Positions 11,537 through 23,519 of a DNA stretch of 64,000 nucleotides are shown here, one piece after another. This stretch comes from Podospora anserina (lineage: Eukaryota). The stretch spans positions 1,736,001 to 1,800,000 of the forward strand of contig CM030336.1 of the NCBI GenBank assembly GCA_017654855.1, read 5' to 3'. A program made the position numbers and the translations under genes. Within the stretch, counting starts at the first letter, position 1. Each line of letters starts with the position of its first letter. The notes beneath the pieces are model-generated. The model saw only the letters and a program-made list of their open reading frames with translations, was not told the origin of the DNA and did no database searches.

Positions 11537-13187
11537 GACCCATCGGTGACACTACTGAATGCCGAGGTCGACTCCAGACTTTTTATCACGCATCCCTGTC
11601 CGACCTGCGGAATCCCTGCTCAACAAGCCCCCTCATCCGCGCCAATTTAGCTGGATTTTCTCCTCAGATGCGGGGAAGTCAACGCTACCACGAGCCCAGA
11701 ACCCCACACCACCAACAAGACGGACCCTCTGGCAAAAAGGCAGGTCTGGTTGCTGAATGGTCACCATCCACTGGCTAGTCTTCAGTGACAAGAGCCTGGA
11801 AACAACAGATGGAGCCAGGCTGGTGACAAGCGCAAACTGACATGCCAAGACGCGTGCTTCTTTAGACTAGTACGACGGCCATGTCCTGGGGAAAACATTG
11901 GCAGCCCGTATTGCAACTGCATGACAGCGGTGGCGGCGCGTGGCCTTGAGCCGAGATTTTCCCACCTCGGCTTTGACGGATGTGACGGCTTGCTAAGACG
12001 TTATGAATCTGGCCTGCAGCCGAGGATTCGCCAAAACCCCTGCGGCCTGGCCGTTTTACCCAGGGGACCTCGGGTTGTTCCTCGGGTCTTCGAGAAGGCG
12101 GAATATCACTCGTCAAAAGCCGTCGGTCTATCGAGCACTTCTTCAGCCGGTGCTACATCACTATCAGCGTTCTTCCCGTGCTCTCACCACCGCTGGATAT
12201 CAGCCTCTGGAAAACAAGGCTATCTGGCATATTTGTCAGACGCCCACATCGGTGAGGTCGTGATACAGCACTTCTATCCACATTCTGGAGCTGGTGGAGT
12301 TCCTGGGGAAGTGGAAGCGGTGGATGCTGCTTGGAGCTGGTGTGTCCTGCGGGGTGAACTAATCCTCCGGTCCACACCATTGGCCTCCTCTGGCAAGTTT
12401 TACCATTGACGAATCGGTTGGGGGGATGCCTGTCGCACGCGGCTTGGGCCGATCAAGGTGACTGGAGGGACGGGCAAAAACATCGTGCATTTTGTGCTGT
12501 CGAGACGAAGTGCCGTGTTCAGAGCTATCCCCGAAACCCGAACATCGCATAAGAGGACACGCCTGCTCGCCCATCCATGGCGGCATCCTAGCACTTTTCA
12601 AGGGAGGAATTCCCCCTCCTGGCATTTCTGTCCGTGGTGTGTGGGTTATCCCCAGGTTTCTCACTTTCCCTGGCTCCGCCGTCGTCAACCCCAGACCCCA
12701 GACCCCCAGATTTCAACCCCAGACTATTCCACTAGAGGCTCCTCCCTGGAAGTGCCTGGCTTGGTTGGCAGAGCTGCCCAAGGGCTAGGGTGTTATCTAT
12801 TGGGATCGCTGGTGGATCGCCGTGGCCAACATTTCTATTTCTATTGGCATCCAGCAACCTCAGTCTCCAGACGCACGAACCCAACTGTCCCAACGAGGTG
12901 GATACGCTACATGCTCAACGACATCCAGCGGATGCGGGGTGGTAGACTAGTCTGTATACGGGAAGCTCAGCTGTACCTTGTCTCGTCACGGCTCTTGTTT
13001 TCGGACGTGGCGATGGGGCTCTGAAGGAAAGAAAATGGAACGGACTCCCCCGGTCCTGATGCTTTTGACAGCTCCTTGACCCGTCACTCCCGTCGTCTTT
13101 TTTATACCCCAAATCTCCAACTTTCTGTTTTCATCTTGGCCTTTCGTCATCAAGCATCCATTGTTGTTTCTTCTCCATCTTCACATC

Positions 13188-13642
13188 ATGTCAACAGGGG
13201 CTGTGTCAACAGGGAGGCGCAAATCACCTCTCGAAGGAGTGTCTGACAGGTCTAGTCAAGACCGCACCACCAGCCCCAGTCCCTCCACTCGCTCATCGAG
13301 CAAGCCACAGATCAGACACAGAGCCTCCATTGCGTGTGCCTCGTGCCGTGAGAGACGAATTCGTTGTGTCGTGGCCGAGGGAGAGTCAGAGTGCACCCAG
13401 TGCAGGAAGACGGGCCACACATGTATCATCAAGAACGATGACGAGCGAAGAAGGTGAGTTGTGCCATTCTGCCTCAGTTTCATGGCCAGACCAGGCTGAC
13501 AGATGAATAGGCCAATATCCAAAGCCTACATGTCATCACTATCCAATCGAATTGCTCTCTTGGAGGAGATGTTGAAGGAACAAGGAGTCACACCCCCTCC
13601 CGCTGTCCACCCTCCAAAGACAAGACAAGACGCCATCTCGAG

Positions 13643-13709
<67 letters not shown>

Positions 13710-13871
13710 GAGCAAGAAGAAGCTCGGATGCGGGAAAGGTCGACCAGTTCTGAGCCCAAGCATGGGAGTTCGGTCGAGATCCAGGTTCCCACACCACCAG
13801 GCTCAGGCGAGGAGGACACCCTCATGAGCGAGTCAGAACAGAGCAAGACCATTGACTTGACGGACATGACC

Positions 13872-13934
<63 letters not shown>

Positions 13935-16717
13935 CTGATCGATCCGCTATTATTGCAAGAGCTCGGGACAACGCCAGATGCCGATGTCCGGAGGTTGCTG
14001 TCAGCAAGGGGCAGCCACTCGTTCGATCCATCGGCTGGGAGGGTTCGATTCTTTGGCCCCACCGCCAACAGCCATGTCCATGGAAAATCGACATGCCTGT
14101 TTGACAATGAGGGCCGTCCAGACCGGGCACGAAGGGCTGCCACCTTGATCGAGACGCTGGGCTCGTCCACCATTGACTACCTTACCAAGTGCTTCTGGGA
14201 GCATTACTTCTACTCTGGCTCCATGGTCGTCGATAGGGCGGCATTTGAAACGGGCAGACTGACACAGGACCCCAAGTTCTACTCCCCGTTCCTTCACCTC
14301 ACCCTGTTGGCCATTGGCTACCGGTTCGCTGACCGCACCCGGGACGATATCAAGAAGCTCTCTGTCGGAAGCCGCGAGAGCACACTCCACCGGGAAGCGA
14401 AAGGCCTGTTGGAGGTTGAGATTGATCAAGGTGGCGGTGTCCCGAGCGTCCAGGGAATGCTGTTGCTGGCTGACTTGGAGTTTGGCGTCGGCCGTGACAG
14501 CGCTGGATGGATGTATCTGGGTATGTTGCCTTGCAGTCATGTGTTTGCCGTTGCCGAAGCTGATCGTTTGGTGATTTTGTAGGCATTGCAAACCGTCTTG
14601 CCTTCGATATAGGTCTCCACGTCAACTACAGCGGGGTAGACATCTCCGAGACGGAAAGGCGGCTGCGGCGTCAGGTTATGGCGGGCTCCATCGCGTTCGA
14701 CCGTCAGTGGGCCTTGATCCTTGGTCGTCCAACCTCGATCAAGGCTCAAGACATCGGCATCGACCTCCTATCCAAGGGTGCCTTCAACTCGACACATGGC
14801 CAGATGACTGCCGAGGCCAAAACATATGCGGCTGGCCAAGCTGCCCTCCAGCAGAAGCGCTTTGAGCTTATGGAGCTGGCTGGCAAGGTATCCGACCTGC
14901 AGAACACGACACATGGCATCTCAGATTTGACTGCCAAAGCCGCCGAGGACAGAACCTATCTCTACTTTCTGGCCTTGGAACGCCAGTTTCAGACGTGGTA
15001 TCGACAGCTTCCAGACTGCCTGGCCTGGAAGCCCATCAACATCAAGTCGGCCCCCATCGGCTTCTTTCTGCTTCATCAGCAATTCCACACATGCATGATC
15101 CTGCTTCACAGGCCCTGGGCCAAGTATGGGCCATTGGTTCCGGACAGCACTGCTGCTGCTTCCCGGTATGCGGCGCCCGAGTCTTCGCTGCAGCTCCAGG
15201 CCTCTCTCGACACCTTTCCTCGTCAGGACAACCGGGCGTCTCTGTCTCGCAGCATGTGCACTCAGCATGCGGTCCGGGTTGCGAGGATATTTTGGCAGCA
15301 GCGCCAGCGCTTTGATGGCACCAAGATGGGTCTTGAGGCCATCCAACAAGCCGGCACTGCTGCCCTCGCTCTGATGGCTGCCTTGGCCCACAAGAGTGCC
15401 GAGCTGGACCATCAGAGCAATCTCAAATACCTACAGGTTGTTTCTGCGGCCATCTACGACATGAGCCATGCCTATCAGCCAGCTTCAAGGATGTACAGCC
15501 TCCTCAAGACCATGTTGGCTGATATCCGGACTGAGATGGTCAGCTCTGGCTCTTTGGAAGCCAGTGCCTTGCTCAACCGGTTCAACCAAGGGAACCCCAC
15601 CACGAACATGATCTTTGGCAGCAACTCGTGGAATCTCAGCAACGAGAGCTCTCGCTTCACCCCCGCGAGACGAACCCTCAGCATGTGCGCCGGGCCCGAA
15701 GAGGGTCGTGAGGCCAAACGCCGGCGGTTTTCCACCCAGACAGCACCCGACGTGGTGTTCTCTACCATGGCTGTGTTCGGGAGCAGCCCTCTTGGCGGTC
15801 CGGCATCCCCTCAGCTGGCTCATCCACCAGAGAGCTCTGGTCAGGAGGAACTAGGAGAGCCTCTGCGGGAGATTCCAGATATCGCCCCAGAGTCAGACTT
15901 TGATCTTGACTCGTTCCACGCCTCATTTGTTGATTTCATCAACAACGGCAGCAAGGGGTGGGCTACGGCAACCCCCACAATCACAACGGAGACGACATTT
16001 GAGGCGACCCCGCTCCCCACTCCCGCCTGCGAGGAGGCTCCCTCGACCAGCAACACTGATGCCGTCATTGTGCAGGACGAGCCGGCAGCTCAGCAGCCGG
16101 CGGATGATGCCATGGTTGACATGACGATTGAAGAGTGGCTTGCCGAACCGGGAGTGAGCTCTGGGCTCGCCGCCATGGAGGCCGAAGTCCAACAGCACTG
16201 CGACTCGCGATTCTCACCCGTCGCAGACGCACCCGTACCCACTGCCGAAGGGGGCGAGGTGCCGCCGCCGCCGTTGCCCGAGATGCAACAAAATGACCTC
16301 ACCATGCCAGTCACGCTGGAACTTGGCACTGCGGACAATGGAGGGATTCACACCATGGACTGGCTCGCCACCGCCCCGCCACCCCCCCGGCCCTCGAGGA
16401 GGATCTCCAGGGCGAGCATCTCGAGTACGATTCGCCCTCCGCTCGCGCCTCCCGAGACGGATTTGTTTGTCAACGCCTTGGCTATTCCCGCGAGGCAGAC
16501 GTCCCTTCCACCGCCGCCACCGCCGTCATCTGCACCGCTTCCCATGACGCCAGTGACGCTGGATGAATTGGTGCAGAGCGTGGAGGAGGCGGTGGACTCT
16601 GCGCGGGCGAGGGCAAGGGACAGGGAGAGGGAGAAGTCGGTTGCTGCTGCTGGTAAGGGGCAGGTGTCGAGCCCCGAGGCCGGGAGGAATTTGTCGTTGG
16701 ATTATTTCCAGTTGTGA
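13188..16717 (+). CDS. Zn(II)2Cys6 transcription factor with fungal-specific TF domain (NirA-like), 3 exons
   Basis: Zinc cluster CASCRERRIRC-x8-CTQC-x6-C. Introns 13454..13510 and 14521..14582. Middle-homology motifs FFGPT, GWMYLG|IANRLAFDIGLH and DRQWALILGRP. PolyQ22 and polyS21 tracts. Confidence 0.9.
13644..13709 (+). repeat. (CAA)22 coding repeat (polyQ)
   Basis: Perfect trinucleotide run in exon 2 of the transcription factor. Confidence 0.95.
13872..13934 (+). repeat. (TCA)21 coding repeat (polyS)
   Basis: Perfect trinucleotide run in exon 2 of the transcription factor. Confidence 0.95.
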
Positions 16718-17689
16718 ATGTGATGAGACATGATGTAATGACGAAGTAATGTAGATAGAATACCTGGGCGGCTGCTCAAAGCAGGAAAATAATGAACAGA
16801 TGATGTACTATCAATTTGTGCGTCTTTTGTGTGTGTAACCATGCACTTGACCCCCAGTACCCACAGTTCGGCGCCGGTAGGTAGGTCTCGAACCTACTCT
16901 GGCTTCAAAGATGCAGCCTTACATGTGCTCTGGAGCTGACTGCTTGGCCTTTTACTTGCTCTCCATCTCACACAGTGTGGCCCGAGCTTTGTAAGATAGT
17001 GGTAGGTTTACAAATTTCGGTGCCGCCCGTCAGCACTGGGTAAAGGCCCGTAGCACGCCGGTGTACAACACGCCAGTTACTCTATTGCTGACCGTATACC
17101 GATCCTCCGATGGTACTCCAACACTTTGCCCAGCTGTTTATACATTAGCTGCGAAACAATCCCTAACAAAGCATGTCGTATCCAGAGATCTAAGTCACTG
17201 CCTACCTAACGTAACAGACGGGCGCCGCATTTGGTCTCAGACTGAGGTCGGCGTCCATAAATAGATGCTAGACCTACCGAAACAACCGCGAGGAAAACAG
17301 GACCTAATCACCGAAGGAACTATCTACTACTGTTCATGATATCAATGAGATGAAAGAGACATTTGTATCATGCAATACATGGGTATATAAGAAGGCTGAT
17401 CTTCCCAGCACCGTCATTTCTTCCCAGCATCAGCATCACATTCCCTCTTACGGTTGGTTCATCGGTGACTTCTGGCAAGTCCCCGTTCTATTAACATTCC
17501 TTTGCGTTTTCCGGTGGAGCTTCTGGCAAGCTCTCGACATCAACACCCTCCTTTGAAGTCTTGATCTACGAGTCACATCTTTGCCTGCCTCTACCGATAC
17601 AACTCATCACCTAGCTATCACTCGACCACAGGGGGACGGCCTAGATGGGGGTTATTGACCAGCAACAGACACAACCTGGTGGCCAGCGC

Positions 17690-18009
17690 AGCCAGCGCAG
17701 CCAGCACCACCCCCACCCCAGCAACAACAAAATGACCCCGCCCCAGCTGATGACGAGGTAGCGGGCCCGAGCAACATCCAGCGAGGTCCGGGAGGGAAGA
17801 AGAGTAAGAAGCCGGGGAATGAGGATTTGAAGGATTATAAGCCTGGTCCCGGGGAGGGGGAGTCGGATGGGTCTTCTGATGAGGGGGAGGCGGGCGCGGG
17901 GTTGCTGCTTAGGTTCCAGGTTGAGGGGGGTAACGGGTTCGCTGCTGCTATGGTGATTCGGGGTGACGAGCGGCGGATTAGTGTTTTGATGCAGGGGTTT
18001 CAGTTGTGA
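17690..18009 (+). pseudogene. Gene relic or 3' fragment of a hypothetical protein
   Basis: Protein-like frame PAQPAQPAPPPPQQQQNDPAPADDEVAGPSNIQ...LMQGFQL* with a G-rich 3' end. No in-frame ATG found upstream; lies about 125 bp from the LTR stack. Confidence 0.35.
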
Positions 18010-18133
18010 GGGGTTAGATCCTAGACTTACAAGCTGAATCAAGTTCCATTCCTTTGGTAGTATACTTACGTGGAGTTAATCGACCTTTGAGGAGACTGAA
18101 TAGTGGGTACCTGGTACCTACTTTAGTTCCTGG

Positions 18134-18523
18134 TGTGACGAACCCCTGTACAGAACCTCTGAAAGGGATACTAGTTGAAGGCTACTTCTGACAATTGGTT
18201 CGGTGCGGCTAAACAGTGCACAACAAGATGTCTCAATGTAAACACAAGATACCGTGAATACAATTGTGAATTGCATACTGCGGAACTATCTACAAGCTAT
18301 CTAGTTCCTCCGTATATATAGACCTGTGGATCACCTGGATCGCGTTCCCTAGCGGTGATCCGGATCACATCCTCCACCTGAGGCTCACCATGATCACCGT
18401 GATCCTGTCGCTCCGCTCACCGGGATCACCATGAGCCTTTCGCTCCTCTTCCGACTGGTCCGTAATGACTGGCCAGGGGCGCCCCGCGCCCCGTGCGTTG
18501 GTCCCCCACCAACGATTGTGACA
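18134..18523. mobile_element. Solo LTR 1 (390 bp)
   Basis: TGTGAC...GTGACA ends. The first ~190 bp are the near-perfect reverse complement of 18816..19007. No target-site duplication visible (CCTGG vs GTACA). Confidence 0.85.
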
Positions 18524-19324
18524 GTACAGCTAAACAGTGTACAAAAATGGCTTATCTCAATCATAATAGCTGTCACAACCCTGGTATGTGGACGAGAATA
18601 ACGATTGGTTGTGGAACCGCGGGAGCAGGGACTAATCGGGAAAACACCCAGGAGAGCCAATCACAGTGAGGGACGATGATCAGTGCGATCAGAGCACTGA
18701 TCAGACTGAGCAGACCAGGCCGGGATGATCAGTGTGATCAGGACACTGATCAGGCTGAGCGTAAGTGATCAGTATGCTCAGGACACTGATCAGAGGATTC
18801 ACAGCTGGGAAAGGAAGTCTATATATACGGAGGAACTGGCTGGTGTAGATAGACAGTTCCGCAGTATGCAATTCACAGTTGTATTCACGGTATTTGTGTT
18901 TACATTGAGACATCTTGTTGTGCACTGTCTAGCTGCACCGAACCAATTGTCAGAAGTTGCCTTCAACTAGTATCCCTTTCAGAGGTTCTGTACAGGGGTT
19001 CGTCACAATAGCTAAGATACCAACGATTATAACTTATATTATATACTACGGAACTCTGTATTTACACCAGCTAGTTCCTCCATATATATAGACCCAGGCC
19101 TCTAAGTACCTCCGTACCTAGATCTATCTTCCAATTCCTAGATCCCTTTGGATCTAGCTTCCAAACTCTAGATCCCCGGATCTAGCTCTGAATCCCTAGA
19201 TCCGTGGATCTATCTTCTAATTCCTAGATCCCTTGGCCCGTGTTATTCCCTGCTCCACAGGCCCCACTTATCCGTCGCTCGTTCTTACTGGTCCTGGCGA
19301 CCCCGCTTCTTCTGAACCGTGACA
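18524..19324. mobile_element. Older, truncated, RIP-mutated LTR 3, split by LTR 2
   Basis: 18524..18570 joined to 19013..19324 gives a TpA-enriched copy of the LTR 1 conserved half (gctaaacagtg..tctcaat..aagatacc..ggaact..ctagttcctcc.tatatatagacc). Ends CCGTGACA. Confidence 0.8.
18571..19007. mobile_element. Solo LTR 2 (437 bp), opposite orientation, nested in LTR 3
   Basis: TGTCAC...GTCACA ends, flanked by a perfect 5-bp TSD ATAGC (18566..18570 and 19008..19012). Confidence 0.92.
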
Positions 19325-20001
19325 CTAATACTATATTCGAAGAAGATATTAGATTATTTGGTGAGGCCGTACCCGGGCCCTAATACTATAACCCAGTTCC
19401 GTAAGCTCCCGCTATGGTAGTAAGATTTCAGCTTCAGACTTGAGTCTCAACCTATGCGCCAGAGGCAATGTCATGCTATGCCAAGCAATAAGATGGCATG
19501 TAGGTATATGGCCGGGTCGCGGTTCCAGAGTCTAAAAACGTGGCCGGTTGACCGGCTATGTTGGAACTAGTGATGTTTCTACGATGGGCAGAAATTTGAA
19601 CGCGTTCACCCTTACTTATTGGTGATTCAGGTGATATTTCTACCAAGTTGTGTTGAGTTTCTAGTATTACCTGGATATCGGGAAGTTCGGATAGATTTAC
19701 AATCCTGACCTCTCTCATCAACCATCCGAGTGTCTTGTCTAGTGCTGTTTGTAGTAATTCGTTTTGTAAGCCAAGATCACCAAAGGGCGCTAAGTGGCGT
19801 GGGTTGCTGGTATCTAACTTATCTCTGCAGCCCCCGCCCTATGCAAGACATGCTTGGAGAGTTTTGTTTCTGACGCCATGTCATCGAACTTACCTTCTTC
19901 ATCTGATACTGAATTCTTGCCCGCGGTGATGCTTCTCCTACTATATTCAGACGCTAGCAGAAGTCTCATATTTTTTTCATACCTTTTCCGTACCTACATT
20001 A

Positions 20002-21834
20002 ATGTGCGTAATAAGCGAGCCGAACAGATAAGCGAGCCGAACACTTTCCAACGCAGCGCAACCCTCCGACTTCTTTCACCAACTTTATTACCAATTCGCT
20101 ATGAATTCACTTCCAACCGAATCTCGAATTATTTTAGCCCTCGAAACTATTAAAAACGACCTAAATTTTAGTTTTCGACGCGTAATTAAGTTTTATAACG
20201 TAGTAATTATAACTCTCTATAACCGACGCGCTAGCCGGCTTACACGACACGATATATTAATTAACTTACATAAGTTTATCGATTTAGAAAAAAAAATAAT
20301 TATTTAATATATTATTAAGCTATATATACGCGTATTTTATTCTCGGCTTTCGTGTATAAAAAATATAGTTAATCGATTATTATATAAATGTAACGCGCTT
20401 CCTATTAATGTACGATAGGCTTATAACTTCGTTAAACGTTAGTTAGAACTTCGAACGTGTTTTATATATAAATATAATTATTAAAGGGCTAAATACGAAA
20501 ATTTAAAGGTTATTAATAAATAGTTTACCTTTATATGGAATATTAAAGTTAAATATAATATTATAAATAATAATATTTATAATTTTAATAAAATTAAGTT
20601 TATAATTAATATTATTTTTACGGGTATAGTAATTATAATTTTTAATAATTATAATAAAACGAAATTAGTTTAGTTTAATAATCGCGAATAGGTAACGGTA
20701 ATTTAAAAAATTAATACTTTTAATTAAATTTTTTATTATTATTTTAATTATATAATATTATTTTATTAATTAATATATTAAATATAATTTATTATTTACT
20801 TAATATATTATAATTATTAATAATAATTAAATTAAATATTTTAATTATTATATAGCGTTCTATATAAAAGGTAAATACTAATTATTAATCTTTAACGATT
20901 ATAAAAGTTATTATTCGACCGAATTTAAATATTATTATTAATAAAATAATATTATTATACTTTATATATTTTTATATTCCTTTTACTTTCTTTAATTATT
21001 TAATATTAATTATTTTAGGCTACTAAAATAGGTATACGGTTATTAAATTAAAGATTTAATATATATATATATATTAATTATATAAGTAAATTTAAATTCC
21101 TTTATACTTTCTATAAATTTTTTTTTACTTTTATAATAAAGAAAAATATATAGGGTAGCTTTACGGGTATTAACTTTATACTATACGATTTAAAGAAAAT
21201 ACTTTTTAAATTAAATATAAAGCTTTATATATTAATATTTTTAAATTTATAGCCCGGTATTATATAACTTTAGGTCTCTTAAATACTATATAACCCTCGA
21301 AAAATTAATTTATAATTAACGCTTATTAAAATTCGTATTATTAATTATTAAAATAATTCCCTAACTTTAATATTAATTACGGTAAACCAGTTTATTAAGG
21401 GTATAACGGCTATAATATATTAAATAGCTTTCCTTCGTATAGAGAATACTGTATTCCGTAAGGCTAACGAGGCACTAAATAAGCGCCGGAGAGCTAAAAA
21501 AAATACGTGTGCGGCTTAGAGGGTCACTTACTGTATAAGAGGTACAGGATCTACTGGATTAGAAGGCTGTAGGTAAGCAGGTAATCCAGGAAGATCGATA
21601 AAGTAATAGTAGTGTAAAGGGGTCTCGTCCGAAGATTCAGTGCTGTGGCGTGTGCGGTAAGCCAGGCCATAATGTACGCACCTGCAAGGAGGCTGCAGAA
21701 TCATCTGATTCATCTGTTTCTGGTTTAATTATTATGGTTTCCTAGTATTATAGTTGTGTAATTAAAGATAGTTGTAGTGGGGTGGTGGAAAGTGTTCGGC
21801 TCGCTTGTCTGTTCGGCTCGCTTATCATGCACGT
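20002..21834 (+). mobile_element. pogo/Fot1-type (Tc1-mariner superfamily) DNA transposon, RIP-inactivated
   Basis: About 48-bp TIRs, each with two AAGCGAGCCGAACA direct repeats. TA duplication at 20000..20001 and 21835..21836. Length 1.83 kb. Transposase relic starts at 20101 (ESRIILALE...TLYNRRA), with a CGVCG-type zinc-knuckle relic near 21645. Extreme TpA enrichment. Confidence 0.93.
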
Positions 21835-22985
21835 TAACGTTCGCTCGCCCGACCAGCGGGCCCTTTCATTTCTTCATCAGGGGCACCCGCTTCAGCCTAG
21901 AGCTGGCTTTGGCATGCTGACCACCTAGACAACAGTCCGTCATCGTGAATTCATTCGAAGCTTCGAACCAAAAACATCGACTTCTGTCACGTCTCTGCGC
22001 TTTCTTCTTCAACGTTCACACGAAAGCATACCAACACAGACTCAAAGCGATCAGTTCTACACTATGAACTTCAGCTTCCAACGTGAAGAGTGAATAATTT
22101 GCTTGAGCTTTACAGCGAGTAGACAAATTCTCGTCAACTTTTCTTATTTTCATACTTGTTTTCCTTACTTACCCTGGGAGGTTATGTACCCAACTATCCT
22201 TACTCACGCTCTACACATTTAAATACCACATCAACTCTCCTTTGAAGTCTATGCCCTTTGCCTCACGCAATATCACAGCATCTGACTGCTCCTACGATTT
22301 TCACAGTCGCAGACGGCATATAGCAACGGAATTCTCGACATCCCTGTTGGTATGACATGAAGTCAGTTTGGTACGAATGTCACCGTTGGTTTGCAAGACT
22401 TTTTATGGTTTGTAACAATTCCACCGGGCTCTGGGAAATTATGTTGCAAAAGTACGGAGTGTTCCTCGCCAGGCTTATGTGAGATGGCTAGCAGTTGGAC
22501 GCCTTCTTGTCTCCTCCTGCTGACCACAACTCTCGTTCTCCGCCGCAACAGTCTTACACGCCGAAGGCGGAATGCCCCCGCGCCCCGACAACGACTCCAA
22601 AAAGAACTGCCAAGATGCCACAGCACTTTGGCTCACAGCGTCTACTGCTGAACGTGTTTCGACCTCCTGAGGACCTTCCGGTGTCTCTCCGATCCAACCT
22701 ACGATGGTCCGGGACGGGATTGGATTGGGATGCTCCGAGTCTACATAAGAGGCGGTTTGGACTGCAGTAATGTTCTCCTATCTCCATCATCAGCACATCA
22801 TTCCTTCACAGCAATATCTGGCGACTTCTGGAAAGTCTCCAATCTTCACTCTCCTTTTCTTTCGGCTTCTGGCAAGACCGCACTTTCAACATTCCTTTAA
22901 GCCTCGTGCTTAATACGGCTTTTCTTTCGAAACCAAGACTTCTGGCAAGCTCTTGTCCAACAAACCACGATCTCGAATTCTCAAT

Positions 22986-23519
22986 ATGAAGTACACCATC
23001 GCCGTCATCGCCATCATCGGCCTCACCAACGCTATCGCGATGCCCAAAGAGGCAAGCAACGGTGTGAACGGCTTGGCAGCTCGCTCCGCACGTCAACCTG
23101 GATTCATCACCGTCGTCAAGAAACGCAGCGATGACCCCGGGCCGAGCAGACCGCCACCCTCCAATGGAAAAGGCCGGGAAGTTGACGACCCGGTCCTTGA
23201 TCAGCTACGCGAACAGGAAGAGGCCTATGCTAGTGAGGATTCGTCTAGTGGGAAGAGCAGGGGGGATACAGTCACGCCGCCTACGTCTGAGGGGGAGGGC
23301 ACGAGGTCGCCTTCTCCGGAGGGGATGCAGCCTTGGCGGCCTGAGGAGAATGGTGAGGGTCCGGGGTCGCCTACTATTCCTGCTTTTGCGAATAGTGAGA
23401 ATAGGGGGGCGGAGGAGGATCCGTACGGGTGGGAGGCGCATGCTGATCGGGTGAGGGAGGAGAGGGAGAGGGAGAATCCGTTTGGGGAGTTTCCGAGGTA
23501 TGATGTTAACGAGAGGTAG
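22986..23519 (+). CDS. Orphan secreted acidic/disordered protein with KR processing site (177 aa)
   Basis: Signal peptide MKYTIAVIAIIGLTNAIA, KKR at about residue 45, Cys-free E/D/P/G-rich tail. Confidence 0.7.
   Translation: MKYTIAVIAIIGLTNAIAMPKEASNGVNGLAARSARQPGFITVVKKRSDDPGPSRPPPSNGKGREVDDPVLDQLREQEEAYASEDSSSGKSRGDTVTPPTSEGEGTRSPSPEGMQPWRPEENGEGPGSPTIPAFANSENRGAEEDPYGWEAHADRVREERERENPFGEFPRYDVNER

Noticed and set aside
11099-11589. Leu/Ser-rich or Arg/Glu-rich ORF extensions (10566..11549 and antisense)
   Set aside because: They are translations of the CT microsatellite; the spliced gene ends at 11098.
11600-13100. Several 100-190 aa ORFs upstream of the transcription factor
   Set aside because: No motifs or codon bias; more likely promoter or 5' region.
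18134-19324. Full-length LTR retrotransposon or MITE
   Set aside because: No gag/pol sequence is present. The inverted arms come from two oppositely oriented solo LTRs, one with its own TSD.
20400-21400. AT-rich block as centromere, organellar insert or horizontal transfer
   Set aside because: It is bounded by TIRs and retains transposase relics, so RIP explains it fully.
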